Below, piece by piece: positions 56,614 through 64,000 of a stretch of DNA of 64,000 nucleotides; within the stretch, counting starts at the first letter, position 1; the number at the start of each line of letters is the position of its first letter. Source of the DNA: a virus. Taxonomy: Duplodnaviria > Caudoviricetes. The notes under the pieces are model-generated. The model did not search any database and had not been told where the DNA came from. It worked only from the letters and a program-made list of their open reading frames with translations. The stretch covers positions 11,893 to 75,892 of IMG/VR virus record IMGVR_UViG_3300048852_000007, one strand, 5' to 3'. The translations under genes were made by a program, and so were the position numbers.

Positions 56614-56897
56614 GCCAGAGCCTCTTGTATGGGCCGCTATGGAACGGCGTCCCACCGAACTCCGCGAAGAGTGGTCCGCATTGGTTACGATCCAGTGCAG
56701 GAATCCTTCGCGTTGCGAACTGGCACGCCGATCGCGGAGTGTGGTCCGGAGCGGAGCATGACGATGAATACGTCGAGCCAGTGCTTACCCCGGCTGAACA
56801 TCAGGTGCTGGTTGCTCGCCTGGAAACGGTAGAAGCTGCTTTGAAGCGTTCCCAACTAGTTGTCGGCATTCTTCGGGCAGAGTTGAACAATGATTAA
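56610..56897 (+). CDS. Hypothetical protein
   Basis: 95 aa, ATGA overlap. Confidence 0.55.
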   Translation: MSQSLLYGPLWNGVPPNSAKSGPHWLRSSAGILRVANWHADRGVWSGAEHDDEYVEPVLTPAEHQVLVARLETVEAALKRSQLVVGILRAELNND

Positions 56898-56960
56898 CCC
56901 TGCTACTCCGCCGATAGGTCAGACCAGATTGTGCTGAGCCTGTTCAACAGGAGAAGTTCT

Positions 56961-58058
56961 ATGCAAATAGACCTGGCGCGTTTCGTAGATCTTGGCACTG
57001 GCCACGAGACGCCTCTGCTGCCGGCGCAACGCTTCCGGGTGCGAGAACGTGGGGTTCGCTTTCCAGTGACGACTCCGGCCCTGACGCCGATCGAGCCGCA
57101 CCCTATGGATCTCGATATGCCTCGGGCGTCATTGTTCCACTTCGGCCAGGCCACGGTGCATGGCTACAGGCTGCTGGAGATCGCCGGCCGGGCCGCCCAT
57201 GACGGCAGCCTGGCTAATGACAGGCCACAGAAATTTCCTGCACGACCGGAACTGCGGATGTTCGAGGAAGTGGCGCTGGATGGCCCGCGGCCTCTGTCGC
57301 GGTCGGGCATCACGGTCACTGAGCCAGTCCGCGGCGCCGTGTTCTGTGGGGTGCACGAGATCAGCAACTTCGGGTCGTGGCTGTTCCGGGCGCTCCCGAA
57401 GCTGCTGCTGGCCCGTAAACATGCACCAGGGCGGCCGGTGATGATCTCACAGCGCACCGCCTGGATGCGCGCCATCACGCGACTGGCCTACCCGGAGGCC
57501 GAGGTGATCGACCACCAGGCCGACCGTTCGTACCATCTGGAGGATGTCGTGGTGCCGTCGCTGGCGACACCGGAAGCTTACGTTCGGCCGGAGCTGCAAG
57601 CGATGTTCACGGAACTGGTCGCCTCGCTGCCGAAGGTGCCTGGCTCCCCGGAGCGGATCTACCTGTCCCGTCGTGGTCAACAAACCCGAGTCCTCGAAAA
57701 CGAGGCGGAGTTGGTCGATCGGTTGGCCGACCGAGGCTTCGTTGAGTTCTTCCCTGAGCGGCACACCATCGAGCATCAGCTTGCAGTCATCTCCCAAGCC
57801 CGAGTGATCGTCTGTCCCGGCGGTAGCGGGCTGTTCGGCACGCTGTTCGCCCGACAGGCAGAAATGCTGATCGACCTGGAGGCGAACCAAGAATGGGTCC
57901 ATGCACACCGGAACGTCCTTGATGCCTCAGGGCGTCCATTCTCGATGGCGCAGGGAGCCCAGTTTACGGAAGACAAGACTCACTTAGGACCCCATCGGAA
58001 CTGGATTGTTGACGTGGACGGGACAGTGCTCGGCTTGAAACACCTAGGGATTACCTGA
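56961..58058 (+). CDS. Glycosyltransferase family 61 (DUF563)
   Basis: NFGSWLFRALPKL, RIYLSRR...R.LENEAEL, F.PERHTIEHQ.AVISQARVIV.PGGSGL motifs; AGGAG RBS before ATG 56961. Confidence 0.85.
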   Translation: MQIDLARFVDLGTGHETPLLPAQRFRVRERGVRFPVTTPALTPIEPHPMDLDMPRASLFHFGQATVHGYRLLEIAGRAAHDGSLANDRPQKFPARPELRMFEEVALDGPRPLSRSGITVTEPVRGAVFCGVHEISNFGSWLFRALPKLLLARKHAPGRPVMISQRTAWMRAITRLAYPEAEVIDHQADRSYHLEDVVVPSLATPEAYVRPELQAMFTELVASLPKVPGSPERIYLSRRGQQTRVLENEAELVDRLADRGFVEFFPERHTIEHQLAVISQARVIVCPGGSGLFGTLFARQAEMLIDLEANQEWVHAHRNVLDASGRPFSMAQGAQFTEDKTHLGPHRNWIVDVDGTVLGLKHLGIT

Positions 58059-58112
58059 GCCTTGGTAAGCTTATCGCGTGACACACCGACGAACCAGCAA
58101 CAGGACACGAAC

Positions 58113-58262
58113 ATGAGCAAGCAACCCGCCCTGCTGTGTAAGCCATGCGACGGCACGGGGTTCACTGAGGATGATGGCGTCTGCCTATCCTGCATGAAAA
58201 CCGGCTGCGCCGACTGGATGCGGCATTGGTCCACTCCTGCAAGGGAGATTGCTGGTGAGTAA
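58113..58262 (+). CDS. Small Zn-finger-like protein
   Basis: CKPCDGTG and CLSC. Confidence 0.55.
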   Translation: MSKQPALLCKPCDGTGFTEDDGVCLSCMKTGCADWMRHWSTPAREIAGE

Positions 58263-58432
58263 TTCCAACCCCAACGCCGCCTGGAAAAGGCGGGAAGCCG
58301 CACGTTGGCGTCGCATCATACGTGCGTGGAGCAAGCAAATGCGGGCGATAGCCAAGGGCCTAGAACCATCTAACCCGCGATGAGCCCGGCTTACCGCGTC
58401 TTATGGCAACCAACCGACAACGGGGGATGAAC

Positions 58433-58672
58433 ATGGCCGATAGCTGGACCATGACGGCAAAGCTCTATGATGGTGGGAGGGAAGTATCCCGCGCCGAGAC
58501 GGAACGACTAGAGGCCGAGATTGCCCGGCTGCGGGCGTTCGTGCAGCGCGTCGCTGCCTTGCCGTTGTGGATAGACCGCTATCCAGATGCAACGACGCCG
58601 CCACGTATGCACCACGATCTGCCAGACGAGTGGGTGAGCGAGGCCCGCACGCTCCTCGCTCACCCGCGATAA
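58433..58672 (+). CDS. Small coiled-coil hypothetical protein
   Basis: LEAEIARLR; flanked by direct repeats. Confidence 0.55.
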   Translation: MADSWTMTAKLYDGGREVSRAETERLEAEIARLRAFVQRVAALPLWIDRYPDATTPPRMHHDLPDEWVSEARTLLAHPR

Positions 58673-58819
58673 TCCCCGCTTACCGCGGGTTAGTAGGAGC
58701 CTGCCACAATGTCCTGGCGACGGGTTGGCAGAGAACAGCAATTGGTAAAATCAACAGGTTACAGAGCAAGTCCGCTCAGTAACCTTTTCAACCCAAACCC
58801 CAGATCTGGAGCCGCCCTG

Positions 58820-59212
58820 ATGCCGAAGCGCCGCGTTGCCTCCTTCACCTACTGGTCCGGCGAGGATGAACTAGAGGACGTGCGGTTTATCCCGGCTGAT
58901 GTGCTCGGGTTTGAGGCTCCGGTGAAGCTTCCCGGCATCAGCTACGTTACGCCCGGCACCAGCAATCCGGTGGTGCAGGTCGGCTTGGTGAAGGGGAGGC
59001 CGAAGAATATCGTCTTTGGTCTTCACTCGCGGCTCGGCAACCGCCCGGCGGAGGACTGGAAGCCCGTCACCCGCATCATCCGGGTTCTTGTGGACCGCGA
59101 TCCACATGTCTGCGACTGGCGCTGTCAGGGGGCCTTCCCGAAGGGGGATTGCGCCTGCGAGTGCAAGGGCCGGAACCACGGTCGCAGCTTCCGTTGCGAC
59201 CTCGCCACATGA
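58820..59212 (+). CDS. Cys/His-rich putative Zn-binding protein
   Basis: HVCDWRCQGA..CACECKGRNHG. Confidence 0.65.
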   Translation: MPKRRVASFTYWSGEDELEDVRFIPADVLGFEAPVKLPGISYVTPGTSNPVVQVGLVKGRPKNIVFGLHSRLGNRPAEDWKPVTRIIRVLVDRDPHVCDWRCQGAFPKGDCACECKGRNHGRSFRCDLAT

Positions 59213-59244
59213 TCCACCACCAAACCCCGATCTAGGAGTCACCT

Positions 59245-59559
59245 ATGAGCCTGACCACCTGCCTCCCAGCGGAGGCAGAAGTGTTTAGTGTGCCTGGTTC
59301 CCAGTCCGTTGGTATCAAGCAGTGTACCTGTTGTCGTCGGTACAAACTCCGCTCAGATTTCTTCGCAGATAGACGAAAGTCTGATGGTAGGAGATCTGAT
59401 TGCAAGACCTGTAATACCGAACAGACCAGATACCAGTACCATCAACGTAAACGCAGACAGGGAGAGGTCAGCTATCCTACCAAAGGTAGGCCGCTGTCTT
59501 TCTGTGAGCTTCAAGAAGTGATTCAACGACATGACAATCAGCGCCACCATTATCGCTGA
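59245..59559 (+). CDS. Zn-ribbon protein resembling the N-terminal module of HNH endonucleases, nuclease domain absent
   Basis: KQCTCCRRYKLRSDF..DRRKSDG.RSDCKTC. Confidence 0.55.
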   Translation: MSLTTCLPAEAEVFSVPGSQSVGIKQCTCCRRYKLRSDFFADRRKSDGRRSDCKTCNTEQTRYQYHQRKRRQGEVSYPTKGRPLSFCELQEVIQRHDNQRHHYR

Positions 59560-60448
59560 CAGCATCAGCGAGCAGGGTATTCGGCTGACTACTTTCCAGC
59601 TCCGCTACCCTAGGTTCATTCATGCGGAGTTCATGACCCATCGGGTGTTCAGCCGGAATGCCAGCAGCTCCCGGGCTGTGCCAATGAGGCGTCTGATAGA
59701 GGACATCCGACGAGATCCGGCCATACCAATCCACTGGGGTATGAACCAAGGAGGTATGCAAGCCCGTCAGGAGATTCCGGAAGAACTGATGGACGAGGCT
59801 AAGATCAACTGGTTCGACGCCATGCACTTGGCGATTCGCCAGGCAGAGAAACTCTCTGAGCTTGAATTACATAAGCAGATCATCAACCGCCTGCTGGAGC
59901 CTTTCTCTCACATCAACGTGGTCTGCACCGCCACTGACTACGAGAACTTCTACGCTCTCCGTCGGCATGAGGATGCTCAGCCGGAGATCAAGGCCCTGGC
60001 TGATGCGATGTGGGTGGCTCAGGTGGATAGTCATGCCAATGAGCTTAAGCCTGGTCAATGGCATCTACCCTACGTCCGGTTCAGCGACGAAGCCGACACT
60101 GTGCGAGAGTATCTCTGGAAAGCAGCCGGAAAACCTAAGAGGTGGGCAGAGAACGGTAGCGTTCGAGAGGCCCTCATCAAGGTCTCTGTCGCTCGCTGCG
60201 CCCGTGTCTCCTACCTGACCCATGATGGTCGTCAGACCACTGTGGAAGAAGACCTGGCTCTCTATGATCGGTTGCTCTCCCGGCATCCACTTCATGCGAG
60301 TCCCGCTGAGCACCAGGCTACGCCTGACGGCGTGTACCATCGCTATCTAGACGGAGAGGTGACTTGGAAAAATCCTGAGCAGCACGCCAATTTCCGTGGA
60401 TGGCGGCAATACCGCAAGACTCTGATCAACGAGTACGTCCCCGGCTAG
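59531..60448 (+). CDS. thyX: Flavin-dependent thymidylate synthase
   Basis: RFIHAEFMTHRVFSRNASSSRA, HKQIINRLLEPF, SVARCARVSY and HASPAEHQA motifs. Confidence 0.92.
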   Translation: MTISATIIADSISEQGIRLTTFQLRYPRFIHAEFMTHRVFSRNASSSRAVPMRRLIEDIRRDPAIPIHWGMNQGGMQARQEIPEELMDEAKINWFDAMHLAIRQAEKLSELELHKQIINRLLEPFSHINVVCTATDYENFYALRRHEDAQPEIKALADAMWVAQVDSHANELKPGQWHLPYVRFSDEADTVREYLWKAAGKPKRWAENGSVREALIKVSVARCARVSYLTHDGRQTTVEEDLALYDRLLSRHPLHASPAEHQATPDGVYHRYLDGEVTWKNPEQHANFRGWRQYRKTLINEYVPG

Positions 60449-60710
60449 TCCTGGGACTCTTTCTTTGGGTTGGTTCAACCCAAAACGCTGAATCCACAAG
60501 CCCGGATTCAGAGCAAGCAGACACGGCAGAGGCTGTGTGTCGTGGCTTGCCTTTCTTCAGATTGGGGCTTCGCACTGTGCGAGGCACGCTACGCTTATCG
60601 TAAGGGCGTAGAGCGAGTGGGGGTTCTCTTCGAGAGCTGCCGCAACTCGTCCCATCTTCATAGGGGCCTCTACCCCCCGAGAGGCAGGCTGAACCTATCC
60701 TCCAGTTCAG
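60447..60710 (+). ncRNA. Candidate multi-hairpin structured RNA
   Basis: About eight adjacent stems, GU pairs favour the plus strand, no RBS-supported ORF. Confidence 0.45.
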
Positions 60711-60773
60711 AGTGAGCAGGTGTGTCACCACCGTGGCTCATCCCACCCTATCAATGGAACCAAGGAGCAAGAC

Positions 60774-61025
60774 ATGACCTGGAATTATAGGCTCATTCTG
60801 CACGACACGAACGTCGATGCCGAGGCTCACTGGATCGGCTTGCACGAGGTCTATTACGACGGTGAGCGGATCAAGAGCTGGACCGAGAACGCTGTCCCCT
60901 TTGAGTGCTACGCCGATGAGGGAGCTGCCGGACTGATTAACTCTCTACAGATGGCACTACGAGATGCTCAGAAGCATCCGATGCTCTTAGAAAGTGAGCT
61001 CTGCCAGGGGAAGCGCGATGCCTGA
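60774..61025 (+). CDS. Conserved phage hypothetical protein
   Basis: WNYRL, GLHEVYY and WTE motifs. Confidence 0.7.
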   Translation: MTWNYRLILHDTNVDAEAHWIGLHEVYYDGERIKSWTENAVPFECYADEGAAGLINSLQMALRDAQKHPMLLESELCQGKRDA

Positions 61026-61212
61026 AACCACACCTGATGAAATCGCCACAGCCCTCACTACGTCGCAACGTGCCGTGATGGCTGGCCGTTCCTCGGCGGG
61101 ACTCCGCGATGCAGCGGAGCTGATCGCTCTGCGGCTGATTGAGAGCGACGGCCAATTCACACCGCTCGGTCGGGAGGTGGCGGCTATCTGCCGGGAGAGC
61201 GGCAATGCCTGA
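61018..61212 (+). CDS. Small wHTH-like protein
   Basis: LT.SQR, L..LRLI and TPLGREVA. Confidence 0.55.
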   Translation: MPETTPDEIATALTTSQRAVMAGRSSAGLRDAAELIALRLIESDGQFTPLGREVAAICRESGNA

Positions 61213-61492
61213 AACCACCAACTGGATGGCCCGATCGGCTGCCGTGAGTGAGGCTGATGACAGCGAATGGGACCGCCTGAGCGATGCCTACGATCTGGAT
61301 TGGAAGGCGGCGTACTGCGCTGCATTTCGAGAGATCGCACACGCCCGAGGCTGGAAGGCTAAGGACATCGAAAGCGGTTGGCTGGACGCCATGCCGGACG
61401 AGGCGCTGATTGCCTACAGCGGTCGAGCAGGTTTCTGCCCCCGCGAGGCAGCCGAAGCTGATGTGAAGGAGTGCGAACTTGCCTGCACATGA
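61205..61492 (+). CDS. Hypothetical acidic protein
   Basis: 95 aa, overlap-coupled. Confidence 0.6.
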   Translation: MPETTNWMARSAAVSEADDSEWDRLSDAYDLDWKAAYCAAFREIAHARGWKAKDIESGWLDAMPDEALIAYSGRAGFCPREAAEADVKECELACT

Positions 61493-61658
61493 CACACCCC
61501 AAACCACCGAAGCAGGGCCGGGACAGGCGGAGTACGAAATGTGGCTCCAATGGATCACCGCCCCAGGCGAGCCGCTAGAACCAACGTGGGCAAACCTGCC
61601 GCAGCCGGATCGGGATTACTGGATAGCGGTGGAGAAGGAAAACGGCCGTGGCAAATGA
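61479..61658 (+). CDS. Small hypothetical protein
   Basis: TTG start 7 nt after AAGGAG; W.NLP..DRDYW motif. Confidence 0.45.
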   Translation: MPAHDTPQTTEAGPGQAEYEMWLQWITAPGEPLEPTWANLPQPDRDYWIAVEKENGRGK

Positions 61659-61863
61659 CAGGACAACTCTGCCCCTCCCTACACCTGACCAGGCTGCCCT
61701 GGTCCTAGCCTCAATGGAAGAGGAGGCAGTGATCCTCCGCTCCCATGCCAAAGCATTCCCGGACATTTGTGAGGTCTATCTGGATCTCGCTGATGCCTTC
61801 GAGAGCGTAGCGGAGCTGGTTCGGACAGTATCCCTCACAGGACCGATAACATCTCCTATCTAA
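61648..61863 (+). CDS. Hypothetical protein
   Basis: 71 aa with GGAG RBS. Confidence 0.55.
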   Translation: MANDRTTLPLPTPDQAALVLASMEEEAVILRSHAKAFPDICEVYLDLADAFESVAELVRTVSLTGPITSPI

Positions 61864-61957
61864 GAACCTCAGGTTGTATCTAAAAATGAGAAGATAATTC
61901 TTCTCTGTATAATGTATCTAAGTTATGGTTTGCCTCATCAACCTAGAGGTGAACAAC

Positions 61958-62302
61958 ATGTCCACGGTGCTGCGTCGCAATAGAAAAGGCTCTGACGAAG
62001 AGATCCTCCGTCTGAACAGTATTGGCCTCTCGCTTTCTACCATTGCCAGCATCGTGGATTGTCACCCCACGTCGATTACCTTACGGCTCAAGTCCTTGAA
62101 GGTTCCCCCGGCTGATACCCGCCGCAGCTTCATGGAAGATATTCTCGCCACTCTGCCTCCGGAGTTTAAGGAGGATATCGCTGACGCTCTCCTCGCTGAC
62201 GAGAAGCCCAAGTCCATCAAGGACTATGTGCGGGAGCTGATCGAGAAGGACGTGACGAGCCGCAAGACCCAGAACCCCATCATGGAGCTCATTGATGCCT
62301 GA
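61958..62302 (+). CDS. HTH DNA-binding protein conserved in N4-like phages
   Basis: RLNSIGLSLSTIA...CHPTSITLRLK.L.VPPADTRRSFMEDI. Confidence 0.7.
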   Translation: MSTVLRRNRKGSDEEILRLNSIGLSLSTIASIVDCHPTSITLRLKSLKVPPADTRRSFMEDILATLPPEFKEDIADALLADEKPKSIKDYVRELIEKDVTSRKTQNPIMELIDA

Positions 62303-62753
62303 TCCGGACACACTCGGTCAGACTGTCCTCTGGTTCGAGCGGGCTGTTCCCGCTCCGACCAGCAAGAACCTGCATACCCAACTCGGCTGTCACTTCGAGG
62401 AAGTGGCTGAGATGATCGACGTTCTTGATTCTGGAAACCCACGAACCAATCGTCTGCTGCTGGATGCCAAACTGGCTCTGGAAGTTCTGGCGACACACCT
62501 CAAAGCGTATGATGAGGTGGTTCACGTTCCACCGCATTATCGGGCAGATCTACTGGATGCCCTCTGCGACCAGATCGTTACCGCTACTGGCGTCGGTCAC
62601 ATGATGGGTTTCCTGATTCAGGAGGCCGTGCATGTGGTCAACTTGTCCAACTGGAGCAAGTTCGACGACAACGGCCAGCCCATCTTCGATACGAACCGCA
62701 AGGTTCAGAAAGGGCCGAACTACTTCAAGGCCGACCTAACCCTCTTTGTCTAA
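62295..62753 (+). CDS. NTP pyrophosphohydrolase (MazG/PRA-PH-like)
   Basis: HFEEVAE, LLDALCDQIVTA.G, SNWSKF and KGPNYF motifs. Confidence 0.85.
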   Translation: MPDPDTLGQTVLWFERAVPAPTSKNLHTQLGCHFEEVAEMIDVLDSGNPRTNRLLLDAKLALEVLATHLKAYDEVVHVPPHYRADLLDALCDQIVTATGVGHMMGFLIQEAVHVVNLSNWSKFDDNGQPIFDTNRKVQKGPNYFKADLTLFV

Positions 62754-62783
62754 CTTCCCAACCACATTGTAGAGACGACAAAT

Positions 62784-62810
62784 AACCCTCCGAAAGGAGG
62801 GTTTTTTGTT
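62784..62810 (+). terminator. Intrinsic terminator
   Basis: AACCCTCC-GAAA-GGAGGGTT then TTTTGTT. Confidence 0.88.
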
Positions 62811-62822
62811 GGGAGATTAATA

Positions 62823-64000
62823 ATGCTCGCAGAGGATCAGATCCTCCTGAACCAGGGCCAGGAAGCAGCGGCTACTGGGTTCTTCCAGTTTCTCTTCTCC
62901 CCTGCGAAGGAGATGATTCTGAGTGGTCCTGGAGGCGTCGGTAAGACCTTCCTGATGGGCTACCTCATCGACAAAGTGATGCCCCAGTATTTCAACACCT
63001 GCAAAATGATGGGCATCCAGCCTGAGTACGACCAGGTGGTGATGACGGCTACCACCAACAAAGCCGCTGAGGTGCTCGGCCTAGCTACCAGCCGGCCCAC
63101 GGAGACCATCCACTCATTCCTCAATCTCAAGGTCACTGACGACCATGCCACCGGACGGGGAAAGCTAACCCGGACAGGAGCCTGGAAGGTCCATGAGAGG
63201 AAGATCATCTTCGTCGATGAGTGCTCAATGATCGACACTGGTCTCCACCAGGTGATCCAAGAAGGCACTCACCAATGCAAGGTCATCTATGTAGGGGACC
63301 ATTGCCAGCTGGCTCCGGTCACTGAGACGCTTTCCCCCATCTATCGTCTGGGTCTGCCCTTCTTCGAGCTCACGGAACCCATGCGGAATGCCGGTCAGCC
63401 GGCGCTGATGGCTGTCTGCCAGCAGCTTCGCAACACGGTGGAGACCGGAGACTTCCTTCCGATCCAGATCGTCCCAGGAGTCATCGACTGGGTGGATGAT
63501 TCCGAGATGGAGGTGATGGTCGAGCAGACTTTCCGCCGCCAGACCCGTGATAGCCGGATCCTCTCCTACACCAACAAGCGGGTGGTGGAGTTCAATGAGC
63601 ACATCCGGGCAGTTCGTCACCTGGTTCCCGAGTATGGGGTGGGTGAGCTGCTGGTGAACAACCAGGCCATCAAACTTGGGAAGACCATGCTCTCGGTCGA
63701 GGAGGAGGTGGAGATCACCGCCCAGGCGTCTCGAACCAAGATGCTGGAGGTGGAGCGGACCAATAAAGGCTTGGTGGAACTGGAGGTCCGGCTCACTACC
63801 TTCAAAAGCCGGCTAGGTAATGTCTTCATTGACGTACCGCTTCCGGTAGACCGTGAGCACTACTCTGCCTTGGTTCGGTACTACCAGCAGCAGAAGAACT
63901 GGAATCGTTATTTCTACCTGAAGAACCATATTCCGGATCTTCGGCAGCGGGATGCTGCGACCATCCACAAGGCCCAGGGCTCTACTTACGATACCGTCTT
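62823..64000 (+). CDS. RecD/Dda-like SF1B DNA helicase, 3' end outside the window
   Basis: LNQGQ, GPGGVGKT, TATTNKAA, FVDECSM, GDHCQL and TIHKAQGST motifs. Missing from the ORF track because it has no stop in the window. Confidence 0.93.
   Translation, partial: MLAEDQILLNQGQEAAATGFFQFLFSPAKEMILSGPGGVGKTFLMGYLIDKVMPQYFNTCKMMGIQPEYDQVVMTATTNKAAEVLGLATSRPTETIHSFLNLKVTDDHATGRGKLTRTGAWKVHERKIIFVDECSMIDTGLHQVIQEGTHQCKVIYVGDHCQLAPVTETLSPIYRLGLPFFELTEPMRNAGQPALMAVCQQLRNTVETGDFLPIQIVPGVIDWVDDSEMEVMVEQTFRRQTRDSRILSYTNKRVVEFNEHIRAVRHLVPEYGVGELLVNNQAIKLGKTMLSVEEEVEITAQASRTKMLEVERTNKGLVELEVRLTTFKSRLGNVFIDVPLPVDREHYSALVRYYQQQKNWNRYFYLKNHIPDLRQRDAATIHKAQGSTYDTV

Noticed and set aside
59742-59753. Exact TGAACCAAGGAG inside thyX
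   Set aside because: It encodes MNQGG within a conserved-looking stretch and is probably coincidental, although an ATG follows closely.
61489-61658. Apparent -1 frameshift at CCCCAAA joining ATG 61489 to the downstream W-rich frame
   Set aside because: A TTG start at 61479 with a well-spaced AAGGAG explains that frame without a shift.

Overview
The window is most of an N4-like (Schitoviridae) podophage genome, circularly permuted. Positions 1-36723 are the minus-strand late region. It runs from a giant virion RNA polymerase (3' end off the window) through gp51-59-like virion genes, capsid, portal, a GH19 endolysin/holin cassette, two tailspikes, gp67 and terminase to a nucleotide-enzyme cluster. 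The probable physical genome ends lie near 36.8-38.6 kb. Positions 38640-64000 are the plus-strand early/middle region, with three N4-type hairpin promoters, gp1/gp2 homologs, split RNAP II, an Ig-domain decoration protein, NrdB, an AAA/VWA pair, Dcd, glutaredoxin, ThyX, a MazG-like NTPase and a RecD/Dda-like helicase running off the end. The most unusual elements are four densely base-paired non-coding regions (36830-37008, 37040-37262, 51392-51472, 60447-60710), a 12-nt motif TGAACCAAGGAG marking gene junctions, a foreign-looking island with a Rep-like HTH and a GT61 glycosyltransferase, and a stand-alone miniature tail-anchor gene. Family assignments come from motifs I recognised by eye, not from database searches. 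An alphaproteobacterial host is only an inference.
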